64,000 bases of DNA from Candidatus Rokuibacteriota bacterium. GTDB lineage: Bacteria; Methylomirabilota; Methylomirabilia; Rokubacteriales; CSP1-6. The position numbers were made by a program, and so were the translations under genes. Under the pieces are notes generated by a model, which had not been told where the DNA came from, did no database searches, and saw nothing but the letters and a program-made list of their open reading frames with translations. How positions within the stretch are numbered: position 1 is the first letter of the stretch; the number at the start of each line of letters is the position of its first letter. Shown in pieces: positions 50,601 to 60,859 of this stretch. The stretch covers positions 18,241-82,240 of the forward strand of contig QHTD01000054.1 of the NCBI GenBank assembly GCA_003220675.1, in the 5' to 3' direction.

Positions 50601-51162
50601 CGAGGTTCTGGCGGGTCGCGTCGAGCTTGCCCTGGGTCTCGTTGCGCTGCTGCTTGTAGCGCGCGATCCCCGCGGCCTCCTCGATGAAGACGCGCCGCTC
50701 GTGCGGCTTCGCGGTCAGGACGTGGTTGAGCTTGTCCTGGTCCATGACCGAGTAGGCGCGCGGGCTCGCGCCGGTGCCGGCGAAGAGGTCCAGGATGTCG
50801 CGCAGGCGCGAGGGGCTGTTGTTGAGGAGGTACTCGCTCTCGCCCGTGCGGTAGAGCCGCCGTGCGACCGACACTTCGGCCCACGGCACCGAGAGGGTGC
50901 CGTCGTTTCCGAAGGTCAGCTCGACCTCGGCGAGCCCGACCGGCTTTCGTGACTGCGACCCGCCGAAGATCAGGTCTTCCATGCGCTGACCGCGGAGCGA
51001 CCTCGAGCTCTGCTCCCCGAGGGCCCACCGCACGGCTTCTGCCAGGTTCGTTTTCCCGCAGCCGTTCGGCCCGACGATCGCGGTGATACCGGGCAGGACC
51101 TTGACGACAGTCTTCTCACCGAAGGACTTGAACCCGTGCAGCGTGACGGACTCGAGGCGCAT
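47617..51162 (-). CDS. smc: chromosome partition protein SMC
   Basis: N-terminal Walker A GPNGCGKTN, long coiled coils and a hinge, and a C-terminal LSGGE signature and Walker B. The start is probably at MRLESVTLHGF. Confidence 0.9.
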   Translation of the reverse strand: MRLESVTLHGFKSFGEKTVVKVLPGITAIVGPNGCGKTNLAEAVRWALGEQSSRSLRGQRMEDLIFGGSQSRKPVGLAEVELTFGNDGTLSVPWAEVSVARRLYRTGESEYLLNNSPSRLRDILDLFAGTGASPRAYSVMDQDKLNHVLTAKPHERRVFIEEAAGIARYKQQRNETQGKLDATRQNLVRVRDVMDEVKRQLSSLERQAKKARQYKALQTTKRDLALAVLAAEYMARVAEGERLAGELTRLRDQEQALRTRSAQLAAREARQRERLQESDHSLSDLRQSVQKVQGELERLLERREQMGVQLQELREEALRLDEEIGTASERLGAIVGERETARQSLTEASRLAEERARTADALAAALERHREALTAERERAEAARLEQVRVAAERVDLMRHAGELREREAQLRRRAERLAAEVADAEAEAARILALRASLAQARDVAETELGALAGERERLAARLAAEERRLAEAAGALANARVTLAARRSSLEALAELERAREGYGAGVRAVFGEGRAAALAGVVGTVADLLEVPPGMERAIEAVLGERLQWVVVERFEHARAAVAYLQERSLGAATFLPLEHLPVPTGPLPDQNGVSWVALSVGAPSLSLVHYLLGQVVIVDHLDQAEALWRLNGVVATYVTPAGEVLGPTGRLHGGGPAPAADVEHSLLARKRQVRELEEEVRRLSTVAGETQARVARLEVEVSAIRAELAGIERTFHTREADQLASAKDLEQAAREHERVHRHRETIQVEARQVAQEGAETVATLRQLEQRVALAREAEATHEAQMARLREAIEAAQTRETELVAETTGCRVNLASTTERVEALGRELTRIDDIERDLTVRIDQARQRQTQLADRGAWLGEERERTDASAREVAVERDRMDAEVRRAAERHEELAGELRTIEVDQRAVDGELGRLIASIHEIDLRATECRVRREELEQEAWRAYGVADAALAAQHDPARDLETVRARIVELEGKLAAIGPVNLVADDEYRELDERLGFLQTQHDDLVASIKDLEKALRGMTRSAQERFAQAFQDVNRHFVELFERLFEGGRAELRLVEAEEGGDPLDTGVELMAQPRGKRLQSVTLLSGGERALTGLALLFAIFYFRPSPFCVLDEVDAPLDDANIHRFLRVLRELTSRTQFLVITHNRKTMEAADILYGVTMEEPGLSKLVSVNLNA

Positions 51163-51195
51163 GGCTTTTTCTAACACGCAGGGGTGCGTACGACC

Positions 51196-51240
51196 AAAAT
51201 AAATGTACCAGGGGTGGGGCCGGAGGGCTGTGCCGACCCC
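51196..51240 (-). terminator. candidate intrinsic terminator after secA
   Basis: On the minus strand a GC-rich imperfect hairpin GGGGUCGGCACAGCCCUCCGGCCCCACCCC is followed 6 nt later by UUUAUUUU. Confidence 0.3.
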
Positions 51241-51266
51241 AGATGTCGAGGGTCAGGCGGCGGTGG

Positions 51267-54047
51267 TCATCCTTTCAGATAGCAGCACTTCTTGTACTTC
51301 TTGCCGGAGCCGCAAGGGCACGGGTCGTTGCGCCCGACCTTGGCGCCCGTCGGGGTGCGCACGGGCTCGCGCTTGAGGGGCGGGGTGGAGCGTCCGGGCT
51401 CAGCCGGCAGCTCACCGCGGGACTCGCGCGCGTCGGCCCAGGCCGTGATCGCGGGCAGCTCCATCGGCGCGTCCCGCACGATCTGCACCTTGAACAGCCG
51501 CTCGACGACCGCCGCCTTCACGCGCTCGACCATGTCCTGGAAGAGGTCGAACGCCTCCTTCTTGTACTCGGTGAGCGGGTCCCGCTGGCCGTAGCCCCGG
51601 AGGCCGATCCCCTCCTTCAAGTGGTCGATGGAGAGGAGGTGGTCCTTCCACTGCGCGTCGATGACCACGAGCATCTCGTGGCGCTCGAGCGCGCGCACGA
51701 GGTCCGGGCCGAGTTCGCGCTCGCGGTCCGAGTAGCGCTCACGCACCGCCGCCCCGACCAGCTCGGCGAGCCCCTCGCGCGAGACGGCCTCCCCGAAGCG
51801 CGCAGACGGGATCCGCACGTCGAACTGGCGGTAGAGCGCCTCGCCGAGCCCGCCGAGGTCCCAGTCCTCGGGGTGGGCGCCCTCGGCGGCGTAGGCGTCG
51901 AGCGTCACCGCGACGAGGTCCTCGATCCACTCCGCGATCGTGTCCGCCTGGGGCTCCCCCTCGAGGATCTGGCGGCGCATGCCGTAGATGATCTCGCGCT
52001 GCTTGTTCATCACGTCGTCGTACTCGAGGAGGTGCTTACGGATCTCGTAGTTGTGCGTCTCGACGCGCTTCTGCGCCGTCGCGATCGCGCGCGTCACGAG
52101 CTTGTGCTCGATCGGCTCGCCCTCCTCCATCCCGAGGCGCTCCATGATCTTCTGGATGCGGTGGGAGCCGAAGATCCGGAGCAGGTCGTCCTCGAGCGAC
52201 AGATAGAAGCGCGAGGAGCCCGGGTCGCCCTGGCGCCCGCTTCGGCCGCGAAGCTGGTTGTCCACGCGCCGCGCCTCGTGCCGCTCCGTGCCGAGAATGT
52301 GGAGCCCGCCGAGCCCGACGACGCGCGCGTGCTCCGGCTCGGTGATCCGGCGTGCCTCCCCGAGCGCCGCCGTGCGCTCCCCGGGCGCCGCGGTCGCCGG
52401 GTCGAGCCCCTTCTTCCGGAGGATCTCCTTCGAGAGGAAGTCTGGGTTGCCGCCGAGCAGGATGTCGGTGCCGCGGCCCGCCATGTTGGTCGCGATCGTG
52501 ACGGAGCCCTCGCGGCCGGCCTGGGCGACGATCTCGGCCTCGCGCTCGTGGTACTTGGCGTTCAGGACCTCGTGGCGGATCCCGCGCTTCTTGAGGAGCT
52601 TCGAGAGCTGCTCGGACTTCTCGATCGAGACCGTGCCGACGAGAACGGGCTGACCCCCCGTGTTGCGCTCGATGATGTCCTCGACCGCCGCGTTGAACTT
52701 CTCGCGCTCGGTCTTGTAGACGACATCCGGGAGGTTCACCCGGACGAGCGGCCGGTTCGTGGGGATGACCGTGACGTCGAGCTTGTAGATCTTCGCGAAC
52801 TCCTCGGCCTCCGTCTCGGCGGTGCCGGTCATGCCGGCGAGCTTCTCGTACATCCGGAAGTAGTTCTGGAACGTGATCGTCGCGAGCGTCTGGTTCTCGC
52901 GCTCGATCCGCACGCTCTCCTTGGCCTCGACGGCCTGGTGCAGGCCGTCCGACCATCGGCGCCCCGGCATGAGTCGGCCCGTGAACTCGTCCACGATGAT
53001 GACCTGGCCGTCCTTGACGACGTAGTCCACGTCACGCTTGAAGAGCGCGTGTGCCCTGAGGCCCTGCTGGATGTGGTGGAGGAGCGTGATGTGCTGGGGA
53101 TCGTAGAGGTTGTCGACGGAGAGCAGCCGCTCGCACGTGGCGATCCCCTGCTCCGTGAGCGCCACGGCGCGCGCCTTCTCGTCGACGATGTAGTCGCCTT
53201 CCTTCTGCGCCTCGATCTCGGAAAGCTTGCCTTCGACGATCGTCGCCGCCCGCTTGAGCTTGGGAATGATGCGGTCGAGTTTGTAGTACAGGTCCGTGGA
53301 TTCGTCCGCCGGCCCCGAGATGATCAACGGCGTTCGTGCTTCGTCGATCAGGATCGAGTCCACCTCGTCCACGATCGCGTAGTGCAGCTCGCGCTGGACG
53401 AGCTCGTCGAGCGTGAAGCGCATGTTGTCGCGGAGGTAGTCGAAGCCGAACTCGTTATTCGTGCCGTACGTGACGTCCGCGCGGTACGCCTCCTGGCGCG
53501 CGCACGGCCGGAGCGCCGTCATCCGGACGTCCGAGGTGACATAGGCCGGGTCGTAGCGGAACGAGGCTTCGTGTTGGATCACCCCCACGGTCAGGCCGAG
53601 CGCGTGGTAGATGGGCCCCATCCACTGGGCGTCGCGCTTGGCGAGGTAGTCGTTGACCGTGACGATGTGTACGCCGCGGCCCGTGAGGCCGTTGAGGTAC
53701 GCGGGGAGCGTTGCGACGAGCGTCTTGCCCTCGCCCGTCGCCATCTCGGCGATCTTGCCCTCGTGGAGGACCACGCCGCCGATCAGCTGGACGTCGAAGT
53801 GGCGCATGCCGACGGTGCGCCGCGCCGCTTCACGGCAGACGGCGAACGCCTCCGGGAGCAGCTCGTCGAGCGGCTCGCCCGCCTCGAGCCGCTTGCGGAA
53901 CTCGTCGGTCTTCGCCTGGAGCTCGGCGTCTCCGAGCGCCCGGACCGAGGGCTCGAACGCGTTGCTCGCCACGACCGTGGGCATGATGCGCTTGACGTCC
54001 CGCTCGTGCTTGGTGCCGAAGATCTTCCGGAGGACCACGTCGATCAT
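51267..54047 (-). CDS. secA: preprotein translocase ATPase SecA
   Basis: DEAD motor, PPXD and HWD domains, and the C-terminal Zn finger [13 protein letters not shown]. Confidence 0.95.
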   Translation of the reverse strand: MIDVVLRKIFGTKHERDVKRIMPTVVASNAFEPSVRALGDAELQAKTDEFRKRLEAGEPLDELLPEAFAVCREAARRTVGMRHFDVQLIGGVVLHEGKIAEMATGEGKTLVATLPAYLNGLTGRGVHIVTVNDYLAKRDAQWMGPIYHALGLTVGVIQHEASFRYDPAYVTSDVRMTALRPCARQEAYRADVTYGTNNEFGFDYLRDNMRFTLDELVQRELHYAIVDEVDSILIDEARTPLIISGPADESTDLYYKLDRIIPKLKRAATIVEGKLSEIEAQKEGDYIVDEKARAVALTEQGIATCERLLSVDNLYDPQHITLLHHIQQGLRAHALFKRDVDYVVKDGQVIIVDEFTGRLMPGRRWSDGLHQAVEAKESVRIERENQTLATITFQNYFRMYEKLAGMTGTAETEAEEFAKIYKLDVTVIPTNRPLVRVNLPDVVYKTEREKFNAAVEDIIERNTGGQPVLVGTVSIEKSEQLSKLLKKRGIRHEVLNAKYHEREAEIVAQAGREGSVTIATNMAGRGTDILLGGNPDFLSKEILRKKGLDPATAAPGERTAALGEARRITEPEHARVVGLGGLHILGTERHEARRVDNQLRGRSGRQGDPGSSRFYLSLEDDLLRIFGSHRIQKIMERLGMEEGEPIEHKLVTRAIATAQKRVETHNYEIRKHLLEYDDVMNKQREIIYGMRRQILEGEPQADTIAEWIEDLVAVTLDAYAAEGAHPEDWDLGGLGEALYRQFDVRIPSARFGEAVSREGLAELVGAAVRERYSDRERELGPDLVRALERHEMLVVIDAQWKDHLLSIDHLKEGIGLRGYGQRDPLTEYKKEAFDLFQDMVERVKAAVVERLFKVQIVRDAPMELPAITAWADARESRGELPAEPGRSTPPLKREPVRTPTGAKVGRNDPCPCGSGKKYKKCCYLKG

Positions 54048-54075
54048 CAGAATCGATTATGGCACACCGCGCGAC

Positions 54076-55764
54076 TCACGCTCGCCTTCCGCGCGGTCCT
54101 GACGTGCCGAGCAGCTCGCGCGCGTGGCCGCGCGCGGTGTCGGTGACGCGTTCGCCCGCGAGCATGCGCGCGATCTCCTCGACGCGGGCGTCGCCGGCCA
54201 GCACCTCGGCGGCGACGCGCACATGCCCGGCGCGCACGCTCTTGATCACGCGCACGTGGTGGCTGGCGCGCGCGGCGATCGGCGCGAGGTGGGTCACGCA
54301 GAGCACCTGGCGGCCCTCCGCCGCGGTCGCGAGCTTCTGCGCGACGACCGAGGCGACGCGTCCGCCGATTCCTGCGTCCACCTCGTCGAAGACCATCGTC
54401 GGCACTCGGTCTGCCTTCGCGAGGACGGTCTTGAGCCCGAGCATCGTCCGCGAGAGCTCGCCCCCGGACGCCACGCGCGCGAGCGACCGCACCTCCTCCC
54501 CGGGATTGGTCGACAGGCGGAACTCGACCCGCTCGAGCCCCCGGGGCGACACGGCCTCGAGCTCCGCCCGCTCCACCCCGATCCGGAATACGGAGCGCTC
54601 CATTCCGAGCGCCCGCAGCTCTCGCTCCACGGCCGGAGCCAGGCGCTCCGCCGCAGCCCGCCTCCGCTCGGAGAGCGCGGTGACCGCCTGGGCCAGCTCG
54701 GCATGGAGCTCGCCCAGCCTCCGCTCCTCCGCGGCGAGGATCTCCTCGTGGCGCGCGAGGCGGTCGAGCTCGGCGGCGACCTCGTCGCGGAACTTGAGCA
54801 TCGCCTCCTCGGTGTCGCCGTACTTCCGCTTGAGGCGCGTGAGGGCGTCGAGCCGCTCGTCGATCCCCTCGAGTCGGCCCGGCTCGAGCGTCACCGAGTC
54901 GCGGAGCCCCCGGACCGCCGCCCGCACCTCTTCGAGCTGCGCCCGGGCCGCGTCGAGAGGCTCGATGGGCGCGGCGAACGCGGGGTCGAGACGCGCCAGG
55001 TCGCCGAGGACCCGCGCCGCGCGGTGGAGCCGTGCCGTCGCGGAGTCGCGATCGTCGTCCAGGAGCGCCGCGACGTCGGCGAGCCCCGCAGTGAGCTTGT
55101 CGGCGTGCTGACGCCGCCGCCGCTCCTGCCGGAGTTCCTCCTCCTCGCCCGGACGCAGACGCGCGCCGTCGAGCTCGGAGAGCTGGAAGCGCAAGAGATC
55201 CTCGCGCTGGGCGCGGTCGCGCTCGGCGGCGCGCATCCGCTCCGTCTCGGCGCGCGCGGCGCGGAACTTCGCCACGAGGCCCGCCACGCGCTCCCTGAGC
55301 TCCTCCGTGTCGGCGAAGCGGTCCAGGAGCTCGAGCTGGCGGGCGGGCTCAAGCAGGCGCTGGTGCTCGTGCTGGCCATGCACCTCGACGAGGTGGTCGC
55401 CGAGGCGTTCGAGGAGCCCGACGGTGACAGCCGCGTCGTTGACGAAGGCGCGGTGGCGGCCCGAGCGACCGAGCTCCCGCCGCGCCACCAGGAGACCGTC
55501 GTCGAGCGCGAGCCCCGCCTCGTCGAGCGCCGCGACGACGGCGCCGCGCGGCTCGACGTCGAAGACCGCCTCGAGCGTCGCGGCGTCGGCGTCGCTTCGG
55601 ATCACGTCAGTCTGGGCGCGCCCGCCGAGGACTAATAGGATGGCGTCGATGAGCATCGACTTGCCGGCGCCGGTCTCGCCGGTCAGGACGTTGAGGCCCG
55701 GGCGAAACTCCACTGCGACGCTTTCGATGACGGCGAAGTTCCGGATGCGAAGCTCGCGGAGCAT
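54076..55764 (-). CDS. recN: DNA repair protein RecN
   Basis: MLRELRIRNFAVIE...LTGETGAGKSMLIDAI, a long coiled coil, and C-terminal GGELSR and Walker B. Confidence 0.9.
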   Translation of the reverse strand: MLRELRIRNFAVIESVAVEFRPGLNVLTGETGAGKSMLIDAILLVLGGRAQTDVIRSDADAATLEAVFDVEPRGAVVAALDEAGLALDDGLLVARRELGRSGRHRAFVNDAAVTVGLLERLGDHLVEVHGQHEHQRLLEPARQLELLDRFADTEELRERVAGLVAKFRAARAETERMRAAERDRAQREDLLRFQLSELDGARLRPGEEEELRQERRRRQHADKLTAGLADVAALLDDDRDSATARLHRAARVLGDLARLDPAFAAPIEPLDAARAQLEEVRAAVRGLRDSVTLEPGRLEGIDERLDALTRLKRKYGDTEEAMLKFRDEVAAELDRLARHEEILAAEERRLGELHAELAQAVTALSERRRAAAERLAPAVERELRALGMERSVFRIGVERAELEAVSPRGLERVEFRLSTNPGEEVRSLARVASGGELSRTMLGLKTVLAKADRVPTMVFDEVDAGIGGRVASVVAQKLATAAEGRQVLCVTHLAPIAARASHHVRVIKSVRAGHVRVAAEVLAGDARVEEIARMLAGERVTDTARGHARELLGTSGPRGRRA

Positions 55765-55823
55765 CGGAGACGATGCTAGGTCACTCGCCGCGGCCGCTCA
55801 AGTCGTATCCGGGGGAAGACGCC

Positions 55824-56681
55824 CTAGCGCTCCCCCCACTTCAGCTTGGTCCGGAGGACAGAGAAGAACTCCTTCTGCGGGAAGCGCACGAGGCGGATCC
55901 TGGCGGCGGCCTTGACCACCTCCACCGTGTCGTGCTCCCGGAGGCCCACCCCGATCTGGCCGTCCACGGTGACCATGACGTCCTGGTCCGCCATGAGCGT
56001 GACCTCGACCCGGTGCACGCCGGGGAGGACGATCGGCCGGTTCGTCAGGGTGTGGGAGCAGATCGGCGTCAGCACGATCGCGTCCATGGTCGGGAACAGG
56101 ATCGGCCCGCCGGCCGAGAGGTTGTAGGCGGTCGAGCCGGTGGGTGTCGAGATGATGAGGCCGTCGGCACGGTACGAGGTGGCGTGCTGTCCCTCGACGG
56201 ACACCGCGAGGTCGATGATGCGACTCATCGCGGACTTGGTGATGACGATGTCGTTGAGGGCGGCGTACTCCCCGAGCCCCTGGCCGTTCCGGACGACGCG
56301 CGCGGTCAACATCATGCGCTCGTCCACCGCCATCCGGCCCGCGAGCAACGCCTCGAGCGCCGGGAACATCTCCTCGAGCGTCGTCGCGGTGAGGAAGCCG
56401 AGCCCGCCGAGGTTCACGCCGAGGAGGGGTACCCCCAAATCGCCAACCGCGCGCGCCATGGAGAGGAGGGTCCCGTCGCCGCCGAGCACGACGAGCAGGT
56501 CCACCTGCGCCGGCAGCTCCGGCTTGCTCACGGACGGGACGCTCGCCGCCGGGACCAGCCCGGCGGTCTCCTTCTCCAGGACCGCGGAGAGCCGCCGCGC
56601 CTGGAGCCACTCGAGGAGTTCCTGGATCGGGGCCCGCGCCTCGCCCGCGCCGGGCTTGGCCACGACGCCGACGCGCTTCAC
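55824..56681 (-). CDS. nadK: NAD kinase
   Basis: GGDGTLL and NDIVITKS...DGLIISTPTGSTAYNLSAGGP motifs. Confidence 0.85.
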   Translation of the reverse strand: MKRVGVVAKPGAGEARAPIQELLEWLQARRLSAVLEKETAGLVPAASVPSVSKPELPAQVDLLVVLGGDGTLLSMARAVGDLGVPLLGVNLGGLGFLTATTLEEMFPALEALLAGRMAVDERMMLTARVVRNGQGLGEYAALNDIVITKSAMSRIIDLAVSVEGQHATSYRADGLIISTPTGSTAYNLSAGGPILFPTMDAIVLTPICSHTLTNRPIVLPGVHRVEVTLMADQDVMVTVDGQIGVGLREHDTVEVVKAAARIRLVRFPQKEFFSVLRTKLKWGER

Positions 56682-57487
56682 GCAAGCGCCTCGACGCTCC
56701 GGTCGATCATGGACTCGAGGTCGCTCGCGGTGCGCCCGTGGCTCGAGCAGTGAAGGAAGAACTCGCGGTTGCCCTTCGGGCCCCGGAGCGGCGAGGCGGT
56801 GACGCCGAGCACGTGCCAGCCGCGCAGCACCGCGTATCGGGCGAGGCGGGCGACCGCCTGACGGTGGAGCGCCGGGTCGCGCACGACGCCGCCTTTGCCC
56901 ACGGCCTCGCGCCCTACCTCGAACTGGGGCTTCACCAGCGCGACGACCTCGCCGCGCGGCGCCAGCACGCCGAACACCGATGGCAGGATCTTCTCCAACG
57001 AGATGAACGAGACGTCGATGACGGCGAGCGTCGGCTGCTCGCCGAAGATCCGCGGGTCGAGCGCCCGCGCGTTGGTCTTCTCCATCACGACGACGCGGGG
57101 GTCCTTGCGCAGCCTGACGTCGAGCTGGCCCGTGCCGACGTCCACGGCGTACACGCGCGCGGCGCCGCGCTGCAGCAGGCAGTCGGTGAAACCGCCCGTG
57201 GAGGCGCCCACGTCGAGGCAGACGCGGCCGGCCACCTTCATCTGGAAGGCGTCGAGCGCGTGGACGAGCTTCTCGCCGCCCCGGCCCACGAACGGCGTAC
57301 GCCCCTGGACCTCGACGCTCGCTTCCCTGGCGACGAGGGCGCCCGCCTTGTCGACGCGCTTGCCGTCCACGAGCACCTCGCCCGCCAGGATGAGGCGGAC
57401 GGCCTGCTCCCGGCTCTCGACGAGCCCGCGCTCGACGAGCACACGGTCGATACGCACGCGCGCCACGGGCTTGGTCACGCCCTTCAT
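56678..57487 (-). CDS. tlyA: TlyA-family rRNA 2'-O-methyltransferase (hemolysin A-like)
   Basis: An S4 domain then the FtsJ-like fold LDVGASTGGFTDCLL. The start is at MKGVTKP. It forms the conserved tlyA-nadK-recN trio. Confidence 0.8.
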   Translation of the reverse strand: MKGVTKPVARVRIDRVLVERGLVESREQAVRLILAGEVLVDGKRVDKAGALVAREASVEVQGRTPFVGRGGEKLVHALDAFQMKVAGRVCLDVGASTGGFTDCLLQRGAARVYAVDVGTGQLDVRLRKDPRVVVMEKTNARALDPRIFGEQPTLAVIDVSFISLEKILPSVFGVLAPRGEVVALVKPQFEVGREAVGKGGVVRDPALHRQAVARLARYAVLRGWHVLGVTASPLRGPKGNREFFLHCSSHGRTASDLESMIDRSVEALA

Positions 57488-58203
57488 TATAGGCGACCGC
57501 CCCGCCGCGACCGCATCAGAAACAGCAGAACGATCCCCGCGAGAAACCCGCCGATGTGAGCGAACCACGCTATCCCTCCTGCCTCGACGCGGCCATGCGC
57601 CGACGCGCTGACGGTGATCAGGCCGTTGAGAAACTGGACGACGATCCAGAAGCCGAGCACGATGATTGCCGGGACGTGCACGGGTCGGATGAAGAAGCCG
57701 AAGATCAGAAGCACGTGGACCCGCGCATACGGGAACAGGAACAGGTAGGCGCCGAGGACGCCGGACACGGCGCCGCTCGCGCCGATCATCGGCACCGCCG
57801 AGTCGGGGTGGACGAGCGTCTGGGCAAAAGCCGCCGCGACGCCTGACGCGAGATAGAAGAGGAGGAACCGCCCGTGCCCCAGGGTGTCCTCGACATTGTT
57901 CCCGAAGATCCAGAGGTAGAGCATGTTGCCGCCGACGTGAAACAGCCCGCCGTGGAGGAACATCGCCGTGAAGATCGTGATGGCTGGGTGCGGGAACTCA
58001 TCGGCGACCGTGCAGCTACCGCTGAGCCGGCATGGGATCGCGCCGAACTCCGTCACGAACGCCTCGGCGACCCTCGCCGTGTGCGGATCGTCGCTCATGC
58101 CGAGCGAGGCCTGATAGAGAAACACGACGACGTTCGCCGCGATGAGGCCGATCGTGACGAACGGAACGCTGCGGCTGGGAACGTCGTCGCTGATGGGGAT
58201 CAT
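57487..58203 (-). CDS. rhomboid-family intramembrane serine protease
   Basis: Six TMs, the catalytic GASGAVSG serine and the AHIGGF histidine. The start is at MIPISDD. Confidence 0.8.
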   Translation of the reverse strand: MIPISDDVPSRSVPFVTIGLIAANVVVFLYQASLGMSDDPHTARVAEAFVTEFGAIPCRLSGSCTVADEFPHPAITIFTAMFLHGGLFHVGGNMLYLWIFGNNVEDTLGHGRFLLFYLASGVAAAFAQTLVHPDSAVPMIGASGAVSGVLGAYLFLFPYARVHVLLIFGFFIRPVHVPAIIVLGFWIVVQFLNGLITVSASAHGRVEAGGIAWFAHIGGFLAGIVLLFLMRSRRGGRL

Positions 58204-59510
58204 CGGGGTGGGGGCTGGAGGACGACGATCGACGGGCGGTTCAGGTAGCGCTGCGCGACGGCCTCGACATCGGCGGTCGTGACCGCTTCGAGCGCACGCG
58301 CGTAGCGCTCGGGGAAATCCCAGCCCACACCGATCACCTCGAAGAACGCGAGGTGCCACGCCTGTCGCGCGTTCGTCCGGCGGTCCAGCGCAAAGCTCCC
58401 GAGGAGGTATGCCTTCGCCCGAGCGAGCTCCTCGTCGCTGACCGGCGCCCGGCGGAGCTTCTCGAGCTCGGCGAGGAGGCCCGCCTCGGCCGCCGCGGAG
58501 TTCTCGGGCGCCGTGCCCAGGTAGGTGACGAGGAAGCTGGGTCCGGTGCGAAACGGCGTCAGGGCACCGAGCGAGTACGCAAGCCCGCGCTTCTCCCTGA
58601 GCTCGGCGAAGAGCCGGCCTGCCGTCCCGGCGCCGAGCACGGCGCCGAGCACGCGGAAGGCGGGATACGCGGGGTCGTTAAGCCCGGGACCAAGGTAGCC
58701 CGCGAGGATCTGCGCCTGCTGAGCGGGCCGCTCGAGGACGCGCCGCTCGCCGCTCGGCGCGGCGGGCGGGGCGGCGCCGACTTCGTGCGCGCCGGAGCGC
58801 GGAAGCTTCGTGAAGAGCCGCTCGGCGGCCCGGACGACGCGCTCGCGCGACACCTGGCCGCTCACCGCGAGAACCGCCCGGTCCGCCCGGAAGACCGCGC
58901 GGTAGTGCGCGGCGAGCTGCGCGCGCCCGAGCCGCTCGACGGCCGACTTGAGGCCGAGGCTATGCCATGCGTACGGATGGCTGCCGTAGAGCTCCCGCAG
59001 CAGGGTGTCGAGGCTCAGCGAGAACGGCGTCTCGGCACGCGTCTTGATCTGGCTCAGAACGAGCCGCCGCTCGCGCTCGATCTCCTCGCCGCGGAGCGAG
59101 GGCTCGAGCGCGACCTCGGCGATCAGCCCGAGCAGCTCCTCCCAGTGGCGTGCGAGCGCCTCGCCGCGGATCTCCGCGGCCTCCACCTCACCCGAGGCAT
59201 CCAGGCTTCCGCCGATGTCCTCCGCCGTCTCGGCGACCTGCGTGCCCGAGCGCCGCGCTGTGCCGCGGATCATCGTCCGCACCAGGAAGTTGGTGATGCC
59301 GGCGGTCTCCGCCGTCTCGAACCTCGAGCCGGCCCGCACCTGGAGCGACGCCGTGACCACCGGCGCCACCGGATTCTCGCGCACGACGACCGCCATCCCG
59401 TTGGGCAGGACGTGACGAGTGACGCTCGGCGGTTGCGCCACGGCGGTGCCGGCTGCCGCGACGAGCGCCGCGAGCGAGGCGAGCATGGCGGAGCTCCGCC
59501 CGGGCGTCAT
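58200..59510 (-). CDS. M16-family peptidase, inactive (non-catalytic) subunit
   Basis: A signal peptide and the M16 fold, but no HxxEH motif. Paired with the upstream active M16. Confidence 0.75.
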   Translation of the reverse strand: MTPGRSSAMLASLAALVAAAGTAVAQPPSVTRHVLPNGMAVVVRENPVAPVVTASLQVRAGSRFETAETAGITNFLVRTMIRGTARRSGTQVAETAEDIGGSLDASGEVEAAEIRGEALARHWEELLGLIAEVALEPSLRGEEIERERRLVLSQIKTRAETPFSLSLDTLLRELYGSHPYAWHSLGLKSAVERLGRAQLAAHYRAVFRADRAVLAVSGQVSRERVVRAAERLFTKLPRSGAHEVGAAPPAAPSGERRVLERPAQQAQILAGYLGPGLNDPAYPAFRVLGAVLGAGTAGRLFAELREKRGLAYSLGALTPFRTGPSFLVTYLGTAPENSAAAEAGLLAELEKLRRAPVSDEELARAKAYLLGSFALDRRTNARQAWHLAFFEVIGVGWDFPERYARALEAVTTADVEAVAQRYLNRPSIVVLQPPPR

Positions 59511-60859
59511 CGCGCGGGCGGCACGAACGCCAGCCGGGCGTAGCGTTCGGGATCGAGGTAGCGGCGGGCCGCCGAGCGGATCTGGGCGGGCGTGACCGAG
59601 CGGAGGCGATCGACGTAGGCGAGCTCCTCCTCGAGGCGCCACACCGTCTCCGCGCGGCCGAACGCGTAGGCGCGGCCCTCCGCGGTCTCGGTCGAGAAGG
59701 CGTAGCGCGCCTCGGCCGCCGTCACGGCGCGCCTGAGCTCGGCGTCCGTCACGCCACGCTCGCGCACGCGCTGGAGCTCCCTCAGGATCTGTGCCTCGGC
59801 GCGCGCCAGGTTCGCCGGCTCGAGTTGCGCCGTGACCGTCACCGCGCCGGCCGCCTCGAGTGCCGAGTAGGCCGTGCTCACGGAGCTGACGAGGCCGAGC
59901 CTTTCGCGCAGCATCTGCGGCAGCCGCGACGATCGCGACTGGCCGAGGATCGACACAAGCAAGTCCACAACGGGCGTGTCCGCATGGTCGAGCTTTGGGC
60001 CGAGCCACGCCATCCCGAGATAAGCCTGCGTCCCGGGCCGCTCGATCTCGAGCCTCGCCGAGCGCCCGGCGTCGGGCGCGGACAGGGGAAGCCGCTTGAG
60101 TCCGCTGCGCGGTAGCCGCCCGAGTGTGCGTTCCGCCGCCGCCAGCACCTCCGAGGCGATGATGGGTCCGACGACGACCAGCACGAAAGATTCCGGGACG
60201 TAGTGCCGGCGATAGAAGCCGACGAGCGTCTCGCGCGTGAGCACCTGGATGAGCTCCGAGGTGCCGATCACCGGTCGGCCGTAGGGGTGCCCGTCGAACA
60301 GGAGCTCGTAGAGCTGCCGCGAGAGACGGCGACGCGGGTTGTCCTCCCCCAGCCGCATCTCCTCGAGCACGACACGCTTCTCGAGGTCGAGCGTCTTCTC
60401 GCTGAGCGTCGAGTTCACGCTCATGTCGGCAAGCATCTCGACGGCCGGGATCGCGCGCGGCGCGGGAAGCACGGTGTGGTAATACGTGTAGTCGAGCGAA
60501 GTCCCGGCGTTGATGCGCCCGCCGACGCCTTCCACCTCGCGTTCCACGAAGCCCGGAGCGCGGGTGACCGTGCCCTTGAAGAGCATGTGCTCGAGGTAGT
60601 GGGCGAGCCCGAGCTCAGACGACGCCTCGTCACGGGCGCCCACCCCAACCCAGAGCTGGACCGCGACGACATCGCTGGCGTGGAATTCCTGGACCACGAC
60701 CCGGACGCCGTTCACCAGAATCCGCCGGGTGGGCATCGAGCCCTCGGACGGGTTGGGGCTCGAGGGGGTCACCGCGCTGCACGCGCTCCCGAGCAGTGAC
60801 GCCAGCAGCACGGGCGCGAGCCGCGCCGGACAGGACATACGTGTCAGCGAGGGTACCAC
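59507..60859 (-). CDS. M16-family zinc metallopeptidase, active subunit
   Basis: An inverted zincin HYLEH motif plus a downstream E. N-terminal signal peptide; the start may be at the internal M at 60838. Confidence 0.8.
   Translation of the reverse strand: MVPSLTRMSCPARLAPVLLASLLGSACSAVTPSSPNPSEGSMPTRRILVNGVRVVVQEFHASDVVAVQLWVGVGARDEASSELGLAHYLEHMLFKGTVTRAPGFVEREVEGVGGRINAGTSLDYTYYHTVLPAPRAIPAVEMLADMSVNSTLSEKTLDLEKRVVLEEMRLGEDNPRRRLSRQLYELLFDGHPYGRPVIGTSELIQVLTRETLVGFYRRHYVPESFVLVVVGPIIASEVLAAAERTLGRLPRSGLKRLPLSAPDAGRSARLEIERPGTQAYLGMAWLGPKLDHADTPVVDLLVSILGQSRSSRLPQMLRERLGLVSSVSTAYSALEAAGAVTVTAQLEPANLARAEAQILRELQRVRERGVTDAELRRAVTAAEARYAFSTETAEGRAYAFGRAETVWRLEEELAYVDRLRSVTPAQIRSAARRYLDPERYARLAFVPPAR

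Noticed and set aside
55765-55823. LexA/SOS box upstream of recN
   Set aside because: The 59-nt spacer has only short palindromes (AGCGCT, GCGGCCGC) and nothing resembling CTGT-N8-ACAG, GAAC-N7-GTTC or CGAACRNRYGTTYC.
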